In this document: in pieces, positions 51,486 to 64,000 of the stretch | How the letters are laid out: the number at the start of each line of letters is the position of its first letter | Position numbering within the stretch: the stretch's first letter is position 1 | Assembly (NCBI GenBank): GCA_965203295.1 | Contig: CBDBCZ010000018.1 | Coordinates: 256,001-320,000 of the forward strand | DNA from: Nitrospirales bacterium | GTDB taxonomy: Bacteria > Nitrospirota > Nitrospiria > Nitrospirales > UBA8639 | DNA: 64,000 nt | Direction: 5' to 3' | Position numbers and translations under genes: made by a program | The notes under the pieces: model-generated | Seen by the model: the letters and a program-made list of their open reading frames with translations, nothing else | What the model was told of the DNA's origin: nothing | Database searches by the model: none

Positions 51486-53018
51486 GTGAATGTCTTCTTG
51501 CACAAAATTGACTAACACTAGGAACAAGAAAAGTGAATTCTATATATGAATTCGAATCTGGGAGAAGCCCAGTCCAGTATGTTCAGTAGGCATATTGTAT
51601 GTGAAGTATGGTGCCATGCCACTTAAAAACTCTGTTGTACATGTGCTCATGCATGCAGAACAAGAAAAATTGTACATAATATATGTAGTGAAGCGACATT
51701 TTCATAAGATTAAAGTTTGTCGAGTTGGCAGCTTCTATATATAGCCTACACCAGAGACATGCAAAGAAATAGCTGAGTACTTTGTACACTTATGCATGCT
51801 AGGCTTATGGTCTATCGCTATAGCATTACTACACTCCACTTACGAGGTCGCAATCGTCTGGCTGTTGTCCACTTTCCCACCTGCCAAACCTGCGCTTCGG
51901 CCTTGGCCCTGCCAGCCGGCAGCTGCGCCGACGCCTTGGCCGGCGGCGCCCACGCCCGAGTGTGCAGGGAAAAGTAGAGTAGTGTAAGTCACCGAATATC
52001 GACCACGTTGTGAACTTTCTGTCAAGGGTTCTATCTCAGCACTCAACATTTCAAACCAAGTTATAATGCTACCATACCATGGCTGTACACCATTCTAATG
52101 TTAGTGAGTTCAATTCTTTATCGATGGTCGACTAGCGGTACGTATAATGTTCACTACATGTATGCTTTTGCAATATCGAATCTCACTGACAACCATGTGC
52201 ACACCCAAGGCTTTCTCACTTTTCGCGATTTATTTCCACAGAAGGGTGAGACTACTTTATTTCTAGGTGACACTCCTATACAGTCTTCCTATGCATTTTT
52301 GAAAGATTTTTCACCGAAACTGTGACCTGGAGCGGTATGAAGGTTAAATTACGTATCATAAGTTAACTACTACGCTTCTGCATATATTACATATTGTTGA
52401 CCGTGACGGTCGACAATATGTGACATATAAACTAAGTATTGTTTTATATATATATAGTGGTGGACGTTAGGAGGTGGTTGAGAAACGGTGGTTTACGCTA
52501 TATAGCTATAGTGCCAAACATGCATGGAGGAAGAGATAATTTGGCAGTGCGAAATTCTGCATTCTATCTGATAGAAGAGTATTATATTTATAGTGCAAAT
52601 GGATGGAGATAGGTCATTTCACAGTGATTATGCGAAATTCTGCAGAACTTTTTTGCAATGAAAAGAAAAGTATTTATAGTCATCAGTAGTAGATCTTGGC
52701 AGCACGAGTGATATAAGTCAAAGCAATGTTCTTTTGATTTGTGGTTTGCCGTTTTTAATACGTTACCAGGCGTTCATACACATTAGCACCAGTAATTGTT
52801 TGAAGTGCTATGGCGCCTGATATCTTCTGGCAGGTGCTATGCATATTCTAGGTTCTCTGTACATGCAGAGAGGCCATACAACTCCCATGCATGATTGCAT
52901 GTTTCCACAGCAACTTACTGCGGTAGTTGATGTGTTGTGTTTGCCATCCAGAGTATCGTAGGTAGTGAGAATACACTAAGCTGTATATTCTCACGAGTAA
53001 CATGAAACAAGCGTACAC
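51486..53018. repeat. Third, more diverged copy of part of the duplicated block (equivalent to 39361-41005)
   Basis: Colinear sequence from AGTGAATGTCTTCTTGCACAAAATTG onward; only this copy continues into the long transposase. Confidence 0.88.
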
Positions 53019-54945
53019 TTGGAACAATGCCTGCCAGAACCACAGGAGCAACAATAGCGAACTTGTTGAACTCCTCTGCCTTCCAGTTCCCCAGTATGCT
53101 GCTACTGGATGTCTTGGGATTTAAGGTCGGCAAGCGACCATCTCGCAGCTCATTTGTCCAGGGACCTTGGTACTCAGAGCAGTGATGAAGTCTGCTCGAC
53201 AAAGGACACTGCCATCACCGGGATTGCAGTCCTTCATTACAACCTGTACTAGCAAAGATAAGGTGCTCAAACTCTCGTAAGATGAGGTTAAGTACGATTG
53301 TATGCATGGCATCGATCACAAGATCTTGGATGGGATCAAAACCGTACTAGTCGTACAGCCGATAGAACACGGATTCTTCACTAACCCCACACTCTAGAGG
53401 GATAACGCTCTGCTGCTTTCTTGTTGGTGCATTATCCACTGCTCTCCCATCAGCTCTGTTATTTTTGGCTGTCTTGGGTTCAGCTGGGTGGTAAAATCGT
53501 CTGTGAAAATCACCATAGTAATAATGTTTCCGGCTTGCTATGTAAGTTCCTTCAACTCCACAACGCCTGCAGCCATACTTACCTCCAGCCTTTGTCAACC
53601 CAAATTCTGCATGTGCCTTTGAGTCAGCAGCTGCTAACAGCACCAAAGCTCGTAGAGTTGGGAAGTCATCCGGAGGAGAAAAATCCGGGACTTCTCTTAA
53701 ACACTTCCTAACCATAAATGTACAATTCCTCAATTTCGTCAATAAGTGGTTTCAAGAAGCTGTCGTATTTGTGTTGCAGACTGTTCACAGGAACAAAAGA
53801 AAATACACTGAGGCATTCTCACACATTGCCGTATCTGCTTTAGTAAAACATGCTGGTGAAATGCTCAGTGATGCAATAGAATTGCGGCTGGAGGCATTGT
53901 TGGGGTTCCAACCATCAAGTGTGCGATGATGGCCTGATTTCGTGGATCACCCGTCATCCACTCAGGCGACTCAGGCGTGAATGTAAATTTTTATGCACAA
54001 CAAGTACACACCATGGTGATTGGCGACTGACGGCTGGTGCGATCGATCACATCATTTATGTTGCTTGCTGGGACTACTGTATCGCAGGATGGGCACTTGT
54101 ATCGGAGCAAGGTCTCTTTAGCTCTTCTCGAAATCCAGACCCATGCCACAGCTCACTATAGCAAGGGAGCTCACCTGACTTCTTCAGCCACTCCTCCTTG
54201 CACTTCCAGTGAGCCTTTCTCTTTTTGCAGTAGCTGTCTGTTTGAAACCAGTCCTCAAACCTCCACCCAAGAACATAGTAATCTATGCATGTGTCCCAAG
54301 CCCTACTACAGATGGGACAGTGAGGGTTCCTTCTGCGATCTTTAAGGAGAAAGCTGTGCCCATCCTCACCAATGCACACTTTATAGTGCTTGGGGTCTCT
54401 GTACCCTAAAGACTTGAGCAGACGAAGGACAGCCTGATAGCTTTGGATCAGCCTATCTTCTCCTAATCGTTTAGTGGCATTCTTCGGGTGCTCCTCTAGT
54501 TGGCTTTGGGAGTAGCCAAACTTTGCCTTCGTCAGAAGCTCCCTTAAGACAAAGTTGGTGAGTTGCTCTTCTGAGCATGAGAGACGACCTGAAGCATGGT
54601 CAGAGGTGTAGGCTGTGGAAGTTGATGTAAAGGAACCAACTGAAGCAGGGGTAGGATTAGTCTCGGGCTCCACTTCAGCAGAGTTTGACATGAAGCAATC
54701 CGTGGTAAAGAGGCTAGTGGAGGTAGAGGTGCCTAAGGGTGGGGGGTTAAGGTATCACCTACGCCAGTGGCTGAGAAACTGGAGGAGATACTGCTAGAAG
54801 CCACGTCAGCACTGAGATCATTATTTGCTGCAGATTTCAGCAGGGTCCTGTGTGCCAATACAGTGCTGTAGCAACGCTCTGCACACTGGCATAGACTGCA
54901 AAAACAGGACTCCCTTCTGGAGCGCTTAGTTGGAGGGGTATCCAT
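52760..54945 (-). pseudogene. Decayed CACTA/EnSpm-like transposase (second family)
   Basis: CFCSLC, SELWHGSGF, LDGWNP, GCRRC, IDAMHTI, WKAEEFNKF and WCYVYER-like motifs across frameshifted ORFs. Confidence 0.8.
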
Positions 54946-55371
54946 TCTATGATAAGGAGAAAAAAATCCTATTTCAAAAACTTCAATTGGAAAACTTACT
55001 AGTACTTTCTGTAGCAACATCAAGTGAATTAACTGTTTGATAAGTGTAAAAAAGTGCAAAAACAAGACGTGTAGGAATGCACTTCCACCAAAGAACACTT
55101 CCTCAAAAACCAGTGAAACAAGCGACCCTGCACACCATAATGCATGCACCGACTACCCATACATTTACCGCGTAGCTACCATCCCTATATCTTTCCAACT
55201 GCACCCACCACAATCCATACCAAGCCCCCACACTCAACTGCACACCCAATACTTCCCTCAACACACAACAATCAACAACTATCATCAATCATGACACCTC
55301 GTCTCCATCCAACCACCTTTGTATCCTTATCCACAATCATTGAATACTTCACAAAACACAACACCACACAC

Positions 55372-55890
55372 TACTAACAACCAACCCAAAATTCCACAGG
55401 AACACTACTATCAAAAAAGCACTTGGCTCCTTAAATCCCACATTCACAACCATAAACCAAGGCCAAGCAGAGCAATTCCTCACAGCTCCACACTGCCACT
55501 ATTTCAATGTTTCAATGGGAAATTGCATTTCTTACTGAAAGTAAAGTGCAACGGCATATAAATGAGTACAACTTACAACATAATTGATATGCATTGCATA
55601 AGATGGGCGAATCGTTATACCAGTAACATTACTAACAACCAACCCAAAATTCCACAGGAACACTACTCCTATCAAAAAAGCACTTGGCTCCATAAATCCC
55701 ACATTCACAACCACAAACCAAGGCCAAGCGGAGCAATTCCTCACAGCTCCACACTGCCACTATTTCAATGTTTCAATGGGAAATTACATATCTTACTGAA
55801 AGTAAAGTGCAACGGCATATAAATGAGTACAACTTACAACAAAATTGATATGCATTGCATAAGATGGGCAAATCGTTATACCAGTAACAC
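55372..55890. repeat. ~260-bp tandem duplication
   Basis: ACTAACAACCAACCCAAAATTCCACAGG...GTTATACCAGTAACA occurs twice. Confidence 0.9.
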
Positions 55891-56251
55891 TGCAGTGTGG
55901 TAAAGTAATTTCCCTCCACTTTCCTACGTATATTCCTAGGGCTTTACAAAAAAAAACCGAATGATATTTGAATGGCACACAATGATGTTTGTGACCGGAC
56001 TCTGTCCTGCAGGTACAAAGTATTTTAAACATACGCCCGAATCGTTCCATGTTATGGGTTTTCTCTGGATCTCCTTCCTGTAAGCATTTGTCTTCCTCCA
56101 GAGGAACATTAGAGTATTTCTCATGAATGATAGCAGCAGTTTGTTTTGCCCAGACAATGGCTGACATTATTAGTTTTTGTAACTGGGTGTATTTGGGAGC
56201 CTGGTAGAAGTAGTCGCCATGTCTAATAAAAAGTAGGACACGTGGTGACAC
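55850..56251 (-). pseudogene. PGAM5-like histidine phosphatase relic
   Basis: LLFIRHGDY (RHG motif), LQEGDP, IIVCHSNIIRFF.CKAL and LPHCSVT are split by frameshifts between ORFs 55793-56251 and 55936-56157. Confidence 0.7.
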
Positions 56252-56664
56252 TTCTGAAGGTTCACCTACTTGGACTGGAAGGGTACATGTAGCTGTAGCT
56301 CTATGTACACCAGATTTTCGTGCAACATGTTTTTTTGTTGCCTGCTCACTAGTCTGTAAAAGAAATGGGTAGTCCTAAACACATATACATGTAGTCTCTT
56401 CCCCAGCCCAAGAACTACGGTGACATGCCTGTACATGTGTATGGCTGTGCAATGTTAGTCATCCAGTTTTATGTACATGTACAACTTCTTGAAAGTACTA
56501 TAAAAACCATAATTAGTACTTACAGATGCCTTGTGTTTTCCACACTTCTCGTACTTCCCCTTCTTGAAGATTCTTGTGACCTCCTGACCACTGCTCTCTG
56601 GCTCCTAACGCTTCACAGTACAACTGCTGTCTGCTGTGTTGGGCACCTGACCGCCACTTTCCTC

Positions 56665-57285
56665 ACATGGTCAGAGGTGTAGGCAGAGGAAGTTGATGTG
56701 AAGGAACCAACTGAAGCAGGGGTAGGATTAGTCTCGGGCTCCACTTCAGCAGAGTTTGACGCGAAGCAATCCGTGGTAAAGAGGCTAGTGGAGATAGAGG
56801 TGGATGAGCCACCTAAGGGAGGGGTTAAGGTATCACCTATGCCAGTGGCTGAGAAACTGCAGGAGATGTTAGAAGCAACGTCAGCGCTGAGATCATTATT
56901 TGCTGCAGATTCCAGCATGGACCTGTGTACCAATACAGTGCTGTAGCAATGCTCTGCACCCTGGCATAGACTGCAAACACAGGGCTCCCTTCTGGAGCGC
57001 TTAGTTGGAGGGGAATCCATTCTATGATGAGAAAAAATCCTGTTTCAAAAACTTCAATTAGAAAACTTACTAGTACTTTCTGTAGCAACATCATCAAGTG
57101 AATTAACTGTTTGATAAGTGTAAAAAAGTGCAAAAGCAAGACATGTAGGATGCGCTTCCACAAAAAACACTTCCCAAAATCCAGTGAAGCAAGAGACAGT
57201 GCACACCATAATGCATGCACAGACTACCCACACATTTACCGCGTAGCTACCATCCCTACATCTTTCCAGCCACACCCACCACAAA
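56665..57285 (-). repeat. Duplicate of the transposase 5' region (54595-55210)
   Basis: MDSPPTKRSRREPC.. mirrors MDTPPTKRSRRESC.., and the upstream non-coding sequence is also shared. Confidence 0.88.
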
Positions 57286-57788
57286 TATGTACTATGTGAG
57301 ATGTGAATAGTGGTGGTTTAATTTGTTGTGTGTGTTGTGTATGAGTGAGTATGATGGAAGGCATATAGCTGAAAGTGTTGATTGTGTACATGTTGGACTA
57401 GTGAGTCGTTGAGAGGGAGTCATATTATGGTATTTGTATAGGAACAATGTTTGGTTATACGCAGTAGAATGTTAACTCATTGCACGCGGTGCGCCTATAT
57501 ATAGGCGCACGTAGTACATTAGTCTACGCGGAACGCCTATATATAGGCGCTCGTGCACTTACTCGCGTGTACCGGCCCTTAGCAAAGGGGAAGTCCCTCC
57601 CTCGTGGCTATGGCTTCTTCCTTTGTGATATACCTGTACCGAAACTAGACAAAGGTTTGTAAAATAGCGGCTCATGCACAGTAAAATTGGCAGCCAATTA
57701 ACGATCGTTAACTATGGTTAGCTACGTTCCTACGCAGTTATTCGGACTCTACGGTCACTGTCAGTGGTATCTTCGGCAATCTTGATTT

Positions 57789-59193
57789 TTAGGCCGTCGA
57801 TGAGCTACCCCATGGTTCTGGCAAGAGCTCGGCCATGTCTACGAATTGCCAGGTGCGAATTTTCTCGGCAACCTTTTCTGAGACCGGGGATAAGCCTTCT
57901 CCCATGTAGATGCTAGCGCAGCCTAATGCCACTGATGTCCCCGCTGTGGGAAGCGCCTCAACGTCGGTAACCATCGTTTGAGCTGGGACCACCAATGGTG
58001 AGGTTGAGCCATTATTTGGCGCATCTGGGATTTGAGGCAAGACTGGAATGCCTGACAGGGCAGGTAGTTGGGGCATTGAACCGAGTATTTCTCCTATAGG
58101 ATAAGCATGGAATATGGGCTTAAGTTACCACATGCTTGCGTGCATATCCCATAATGCTTGAGGTGACCCTGTGCTGGGTTCTATACTTAATTGTATTGTT
58201 TTATTTATTTATTTTTAATTATCTATTTAGTTATAGTTATTACTTAATTACTTGTTTCGATTGACTTAAGAGCTGGGTTCTGCAAAGCTTCACGCAACCC
58301 AAGTGCTGGGTTTTTCGACGTTTCAAGCGACCCAATTGCTGGGTTCTGCGATGCTTCGAGCGACCCAAGTACTGGTTCTGCAATGTTTCAAGCGACCCAA
58401 TTGCTGGGTTCTGCCATGCTTCAAGCGACCCAAGTGCCGGGTTCTGCAATGCTTCAAGCGACCCAAGTGCCGGGTTCTGCAATGTTTCAAGCGACCCAAG
58501 TGCCGGGTTCTGCAATGCTTCAAGCGACCCAAGTGCCTGGTTCTGCAGTGATTCAAATGACCCAAGTGCTGGGTTCTGCAGTGATTCAAGCGACCCAAGT
58601 GCTGGGTTCTGCAATGCTTCAAGCGACCCAAGTGCCGGGTTCTGCAATGCTTCAAGCGACCCAAGTGCCGGGTTCTGCAATGCTTCAAGTGACCCGAGTG
58701 CCGGGTTCTGCAATGCTTCAAGCGACCCAAGTGCCGGGTTCTGCAATGCTTCAAGCGACCCAAGTGCTGGGTTTTGCAATGCTTCAAGCGACCCAAGTGC
58801 CAGGTTTACGCTCCTGCAGTGGAGGCAACCTCTACTGCTTACGCTCTTTGTATAAGTGAACCCCCCCTCGTTGCCACACTAAGTGGGCAACGCAGGCGAG
58901 GTTCGTCATCCCGGAACTCTCTAGGGCTCGGGAGAAAGGTAAGCTTAAACGCGACCGTGCCCGCCTTGATTTATGTACTCACCGGCCTGTCCGGCACTCG
59001 CTGTGGTCCCTGGGGCCGGTATCCGGGTTTCCAGTGCTTTCTGCACTGCCCGCCTGACTGCTTCCTCAATGGATTGCTGTAGGCGCAGGTCTGCCACTGC
59101 TGCGACGAGCGCTGCGTCTGCAACCCCTGTGGCGAGCGCTGGGTCTTCTTCTTGGTGGTCGGGTTCTCCTTGCTGGTGGTGTTGCTCTGCCAT
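57789..59193 (-). mobile_element. DIRS/Ngaro-like gag 5' fragment, apparently two exons
   Basis: YMGEGLSPVSEKVAEKIRTWQFVDMAELLPE resembles the gag-like motif of invertebrate YR retroelements. An in-frame phase-1 GT-AG intron spans 58982-58094. No RT or YR follows. Confidence 0.55.
58270..58803. repeat. 33-bp tandem repeat, ~16 copies
   Basis: GGGTTCTGCAATGCTTCAAGCGACCCAAGTGCC units. Confidence 0.95.
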
Positions 59194-59567
59194 AGTCTGC
59201 TCGCTCGGTAACACTGCCAAGTCTTGCTCGCTCGGTAACACTGCTAAGTCTTACTCGCTCGATAACACTGCTAAGTCTCGCTCGCTCGGTAACGGAAGGA
59301 AGGTTAAGTTTCTCGCTCGTCCAACTCTTGCTCTCCCACCTTGGCTTTACCGTCTTGCTTCACTTTGCGCGGGCTGACAGCATCCTGTCCCAGGGTCCTG
59401 TGACAAGGTGTTGGCGCCGGCCCCCTCTGAGTCCCAGGGAAGTGTTGGCGGCGGCCTCTCATGACTCGGTTCCGCGCTTGAGGACGGGACCGTGACCTGG
59501 CCCGGAATGTGGCTTATCAACCACCCTTACATTAACCTAGGTTAAATGTACCATTTAACCTTCACCC

Positions 59568-59843
59568 TATGGCGCCTGAAAACTTCTGGCAGGTGCTGTG
59601 CATATTCTAGGTTCTCTGTTTATGCAGAGAGGCCATACAACTCCCATGCATGATTGCATGTTTCCACAGCAACTTACTGAGGTAGTTGATGTGTTCTGTT
59701 TGCCATCCAGAGTATTGTAGGTAGTGAGAATACACTAAGCTGTATATTCTCACGAGTAACATGAAACAAGCGTACACTTGTGTTGGAACAATGCCTGCCA
59801 GAACCACAGGAGCAACAATAGCGAACCTGTTGAACTCCTCTGG
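59568..59843 (-). pseudogene. Fourth fragment of the CACTA transposase 3' region
   Basis: Matches 52810-53080 (EEFN.FAIVAPVVLAG..YACFMLLVRIY). Confidence 0.8.
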
Positions 59844-60794
59844 CTTTAAATGTAGGGTATGTAAAATGACACAGGAAATTAGAGACTTCTACATGTATGC
59901 ACTGTTAAAAATTGGGTGTTAGCCCAGCACCCCATCCAGCACTTCTTCTACAGAGGGTGTCACTGCAACACCCCCGATGTGCTAGAGGGTGCTGCTCCTA
60001 CATCCTATGGGGTGCTGGAGGTGTAAATTGGTGTGAGTTCTCACATTCAGCACCCCATAGTGCTGCTGCAGCACCCACACCACTTTTATACACCCCAAAG
60101 GGTGTTGGAACCATACGATGGTGGGACTCTACATGTATACATAGCTTTCAATAGCGCTGAAGGATACATGCACGTTATAAACAAACCACCGTCAGATAGC
60201 AGCCACTGAAGAAGGCATGGGAGGTTCCGAATATGAGCCTGTCTGCCACTAGGCCCCATAGATATACACTTATTACTAATTCACCCCGCTGTAGCCGGGT
60301 ACACTGCAGTGCAGCAAAGTCCACACCTTCAGGATTGATGGCACTGGACTTTGCTAGTATCTATACCATAGATCATGTCTATGCAACATACATAGCAAGG
60401 TAGCAAGGTACGCAGGCCCCACCCACCCCGCCGGCCGTATGAGGCTAATCTTTATGTGGGCGAGGCCTCAACAGGAAGTTATCATTAGTGCCCTTTGACC
60501 CTAGCGCTACGTGAGATACATCAAACCAGAGGTAGGGCGTGGGCCTGGGCTAGGTACCGGTATAACTGTTTAAAGTATGCTATGATGAACATTCAAGGGC
60601 TGGGCTGTGATATTAAATGGAATCTGATGCTCATCATGCTCTCTCAAATCATTTCTTGCCATCACAGATTCTTTTGTGGGAATGTGAATCTTGCTGCTGA
60701 CGGTGAGCAACTGTAGAATGTACGAAACTGGCCTTATTCTCTAGCTTCAAAAAAACTCAACGAAATATTCCCGCATGAGGGCTAATCAGAAACT

Positions 60795-62300
60795 GTTCCA
60801 CCCTCACCCCAATATAATGGATTAGTAGCGTCCTCCCCTGAATGTTGTTGTAACGATGCATGGCTGTGATCGAGGATGTGTGAGTTTTCCATTTTCCCTT
60901 TTCGGTAAAGTCTCAGTAGCTTATTAAAGCTCACATTCCCCTACTAGGAGGAAGCCCCCTCAAAACCAGTTAATTTGTTCCATCCTCACCCCAATATACT
61001 GGATTGGTAGTAGAGTCCTCCCCTGAATGTTGTAACGATGGCTGTGATTGAGGATGTGAAAGTATTCCGTTTTCCCTTTTCGGTAAAGTCTCAGTAGCTT
61101 ATTAACTCATTGCACGCCGTACGCCACTTAACTGGATATTACGTAATCCTTCCGCTACGCCACACGCCACTATAGTGGCTTTAGAAACGGCAAGTTAACT
61201 GTACGGCCAGGAGGGGCAACCCCTTCCTTTATTAGCCATAAAATTGAATAGAGTGATTACTAATAATGATGTAAGTGTGCCGAAAGTCGATCTAATCTGT
61301 AATAGAACGGATACATACGGCAAAATATACAACCGATCAAGACGATTAGCTACGGCTACCTACACTGCTACACAGTTAGTTAGGCTTTGTAGTCAACTTC
61401 ATTGGCAGATACGATGGTAACTGGTTCAGGAGAGAGACGGGGGCTTCAGCAGGATCGTCAATCTTTGCTGCCTGAGCGTGAAGACCACAGTACCGTGTCG
61501 AACTTACCGTGCATCGGGTTATCGATCCTGAATCCCTTCTTGGTTCCAATCCGCTGCCCTTTTTGCCTTCAATGGCTGTAGCTGGTAGTCTTCCAACGAA
61601 TACGACACAAAATTCGCTGGATACTTGACTTGGTAAGCATAAAAATAGCCATACGCTGTACTAAAACTTTTAGTACGCCATTTTTGTAGAAACTGTGGCG
61701 TGGAGCATCACGCGTGTGACGTAATTACGGCGTGCAATGAGTTAAAGCTCACATTCCCCTACTAGGAGGAAGCCCCCTTAAAACCAGTTAATTTGTTCCA
61801 CCCTCACCCCAATATACTGGATTGGTAGTAGAATCCTACCCTGAATGTTGTTGTAACGATGGCTGTGATTGAGGATGTGTAAGTATTCCGTTTTCCCTTT
61901 TCGGTAAAGTCTCAGTAGCTTATTAAAGCTCACATTCCCCTACTAGGAGGAAGCCTCCTCAAAACCAGTTAATTTGTTCCACCCTCACCCCAATATACTG
62001 GATTGGTAGTAGAATCCTCCCCTGAATGTTGTTGTAACGATGGCTGTGATTGAGGATGTGTAAGTATTCCGTAATTTGTTCCACCCTCACCCCAATATAC
62101 TGGATTGGTAGTAGAATCCTCCCCTGAATGTTGTTGTAACGATGGCTGTGATTGAGGATGTGTAAGTATTCCGTTTTCCCTTTTCGGTAAAGTCTCAGTA
62201 GCTTGTTAAAGCTCACATTCCCTAGGAGGAAGCCCCCTCAAAATCAGTTAATTTGTTCCACCCTCACCCCAATATACTGGATTGGTAGTAGAGTCCTCCT
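60795..62300. repeat. ~184-bp tandem repeat
   Basis: TGTTCCACCCTCACCCCAATATACTGGATTGG.. recurs about 6 times, including one internally shortened unit. Confidence 0.9.
61106..61741. mobile_element. piggyBac-like MITE (636 bp) inserted in the 184-bp repeat
   Basis: TTAA|CTCATTGCACGCCGTA ... TACGGCGTGCAATGAG|TTAA; neighbouring repeat units show the empty site AGCTTATTAAAGCTC. Confidence 0.92.
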
Positions 62301-63845
62301 CTAATCGAATGCTATATATGTTAACGTTCTGGGCAGGTATGGGTGAGGGTGTGAAAGTATGGTTAGCTATACATAGTAGTTAATAGTTTATTCTGTGTCA
62401 TTTTGCAGGTGGAGTTAAATGGCTCATACGTGCCAGGACCGGTTTGCTGGCAGTGATGGTCAGCTAGTACACCAGGGACGATACAATGTAGAAGGGACAT
62501 GGTATAGTACCTGATGCTCAATCCAGCTGTTTATACTGGTACATTTGTACTGTATGTAGCTTGTAGGTTGCTGTTCATGCAGCCTTATGAATCTGTACAT
62601 GTATATATCATGACCTGTTTTTAAGTCCGTGCATCATGAATGCACTCTTCAGCGCTGCTGAGAAGGTATGGCTCATGCATGGGTTTCTTTGGTGCATGCA
62701 GTCATACACAGGAGCAACCACTCCTGATGGTGAATTTGCCAATTATTATATATTGGTTCAGCAAAGTTAATGATACTTGACAACTCAACAGCCCACAAAG
62801 CAGTGGATGGGAACTCAATGGTACATGTATTATGATGGAATTAATATTTAGTTCATTGCGGAATCATCATCAGCCTCATCCAGCTCTTCTACAACTAAGA
62901 CAGTCCAGCTGGTGCTGAGGTTTGGCTTCCTAAGGGCAAGTGGTAAATAAGGGTGAAAGTTCTTAATTACATGGCATCTGTACATGTGCTATCATAGATA
63001 GTAGAGTAGAAGATAGTAGAGTCCTTCTACTCTACTATCTACGGTACTATTCTGTAGCAGCATGTATAATAATGGGAACTCAATACACTAACATGCCAGC
63101 TTAAAACTCTTTTCCGGCCTAGTCACAAGGCTGAAATGAATTTATGCTGGCCTTATATTTGGCATTAACATAAAGTACACGTACATTTTTTCCATTCTGT
63201 ATTCCGGCACATAAATGTACCCAAAGAGTTAAATAATAGTGTGTTACAAAAGGATCATACCCAAAATTGCCATTCATCCTCTTCCTCGTCGTCCTCGAAA
63301 TCACTGCCGGGTGGAGGATGCTAAATGAGAATAAATTGGTTTCAAAAATTGGCTTTCTCCAATATGACATTACACAGGGATCATACCCAAATTTCTTCTC
63401 CACTCTCCTCTCCTTCATCGTCTTCTTCCAAGTCTAAATCACCATCATAGGCATCATCTGTTTGCCACTCACCATCGATCTCCTCCCACTCACTCTCCTC
63501 CTGTATGGTAGAGTGGGCACCATACAACTGGACTCACGCACAAGCTGTGCATGACACAACATTCACTTACAGCCAGTACTGTGGACTAACCTCGGAGTCC
63601 GTAAAAGATGTAGGGATAAGCATAGCAATAATCTGGAAAGAGATGGTTGACAGAACCGTATCTATATGCAGCTACCAGCCTGAAATCTATAGTGCATACA
63701 TGCTCCTTACCTTTCGTAACACGTGGTTCTTTATTAACAGTTCTTTTGTGTACGAGAGAAAGCAGTGGCGGTCAATCAATGCCATCTTCACAGTTATTAC
63801 AGCGAAAGTTTCTAATGAGTGCGCACTAGCATGCACCACCTGGTC

Positions 63846-63968
63846 AGTCTCGTGCCCAGACCGTCGCTCAGCGACGGTCTGGGCACGAGACTACCGGTCG
63901 AACCACGTACTCGATTACTACGCGGATAGCCTCGTTCCCAGGCCACGCATGGCCTGGGAACGAGGCTA
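63846..63968. repeat. Two tiny perfect palindromes with related termini
   Basis: AGTCTCGTGCCCAGACCGTCGCT-C-(rc) at 63846-63892 and TAGCCTCGTTCCCAGGCCA-CGCA-(rc) at 63927-63968. Confidence 0.85.
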
Positions 63969-64000
63969 CGTATCCGCGGATTTGAATATTTAACCCGATT

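Noticed and set aside
58240..58859. 11-aa repeat ORFs (LQNPALGSLEA)n
   Set aside because: Open in several frames on both strands because of a 33-bp repeat; no independent coding evidence and probably intronic.
59900..60120. CACTG-starting segment with CACCCC repeats
   Set aside because: Looks like one CACTA-type end, but no matching opposite end or TSD was found.
60205..60235. CTGAAGAAGGC...CCGAA hammerhead-like string
   Set aside because: No GAAA box and no convincing stems.
62400..63840. Acidic exon-like minus-strand segments that might be another decayed gene
   Set aside because: Multiple stops and no recognisable motif; cannot assign a product.

Overview
Repeat-saturated eukaryotic DNA. 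Short GT-AG introns and the transposon repertoire suggest an invertebrate, plausibly a sponge or cnidarian (inference). No ordinary host gene is clearly present; the window is a nest of DNA transposons and satellites. (1) An ~11.8 kb foldback-type element (18895-30717) has long terminal inverted repeats built from a 9/18-bp minisatellite and a target-site duplication. It encodes an intact 1065-aa MULE-like DDE transposase with OTU-protease and Cys-rich domains, plus a separate spliced gene for an SF3-helicase-like P-loop ATPase. This is the best candidate for an undescribed system. (2) Three Crypton-type (DUF3504) tyrosine-recombinase elements each start with a long hairpin; one is intact and inserted cleanly into a decayed CACTA transposase. 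(3) Three decayed members of a second tyrosine-recombinase family are present, one of them intron-rich. (4) Two decayed CACTA/EnSpm-like elements, Penelope remnants with minimal hammerhead motifs, a DIRS-like gag fragment and a PGAM5-like phosphatase relic. (5) A ~60-bp satellite in five arrays, several MITEs and a local triplication. All family assignments come from motifs recognised by eye; no searches were run.
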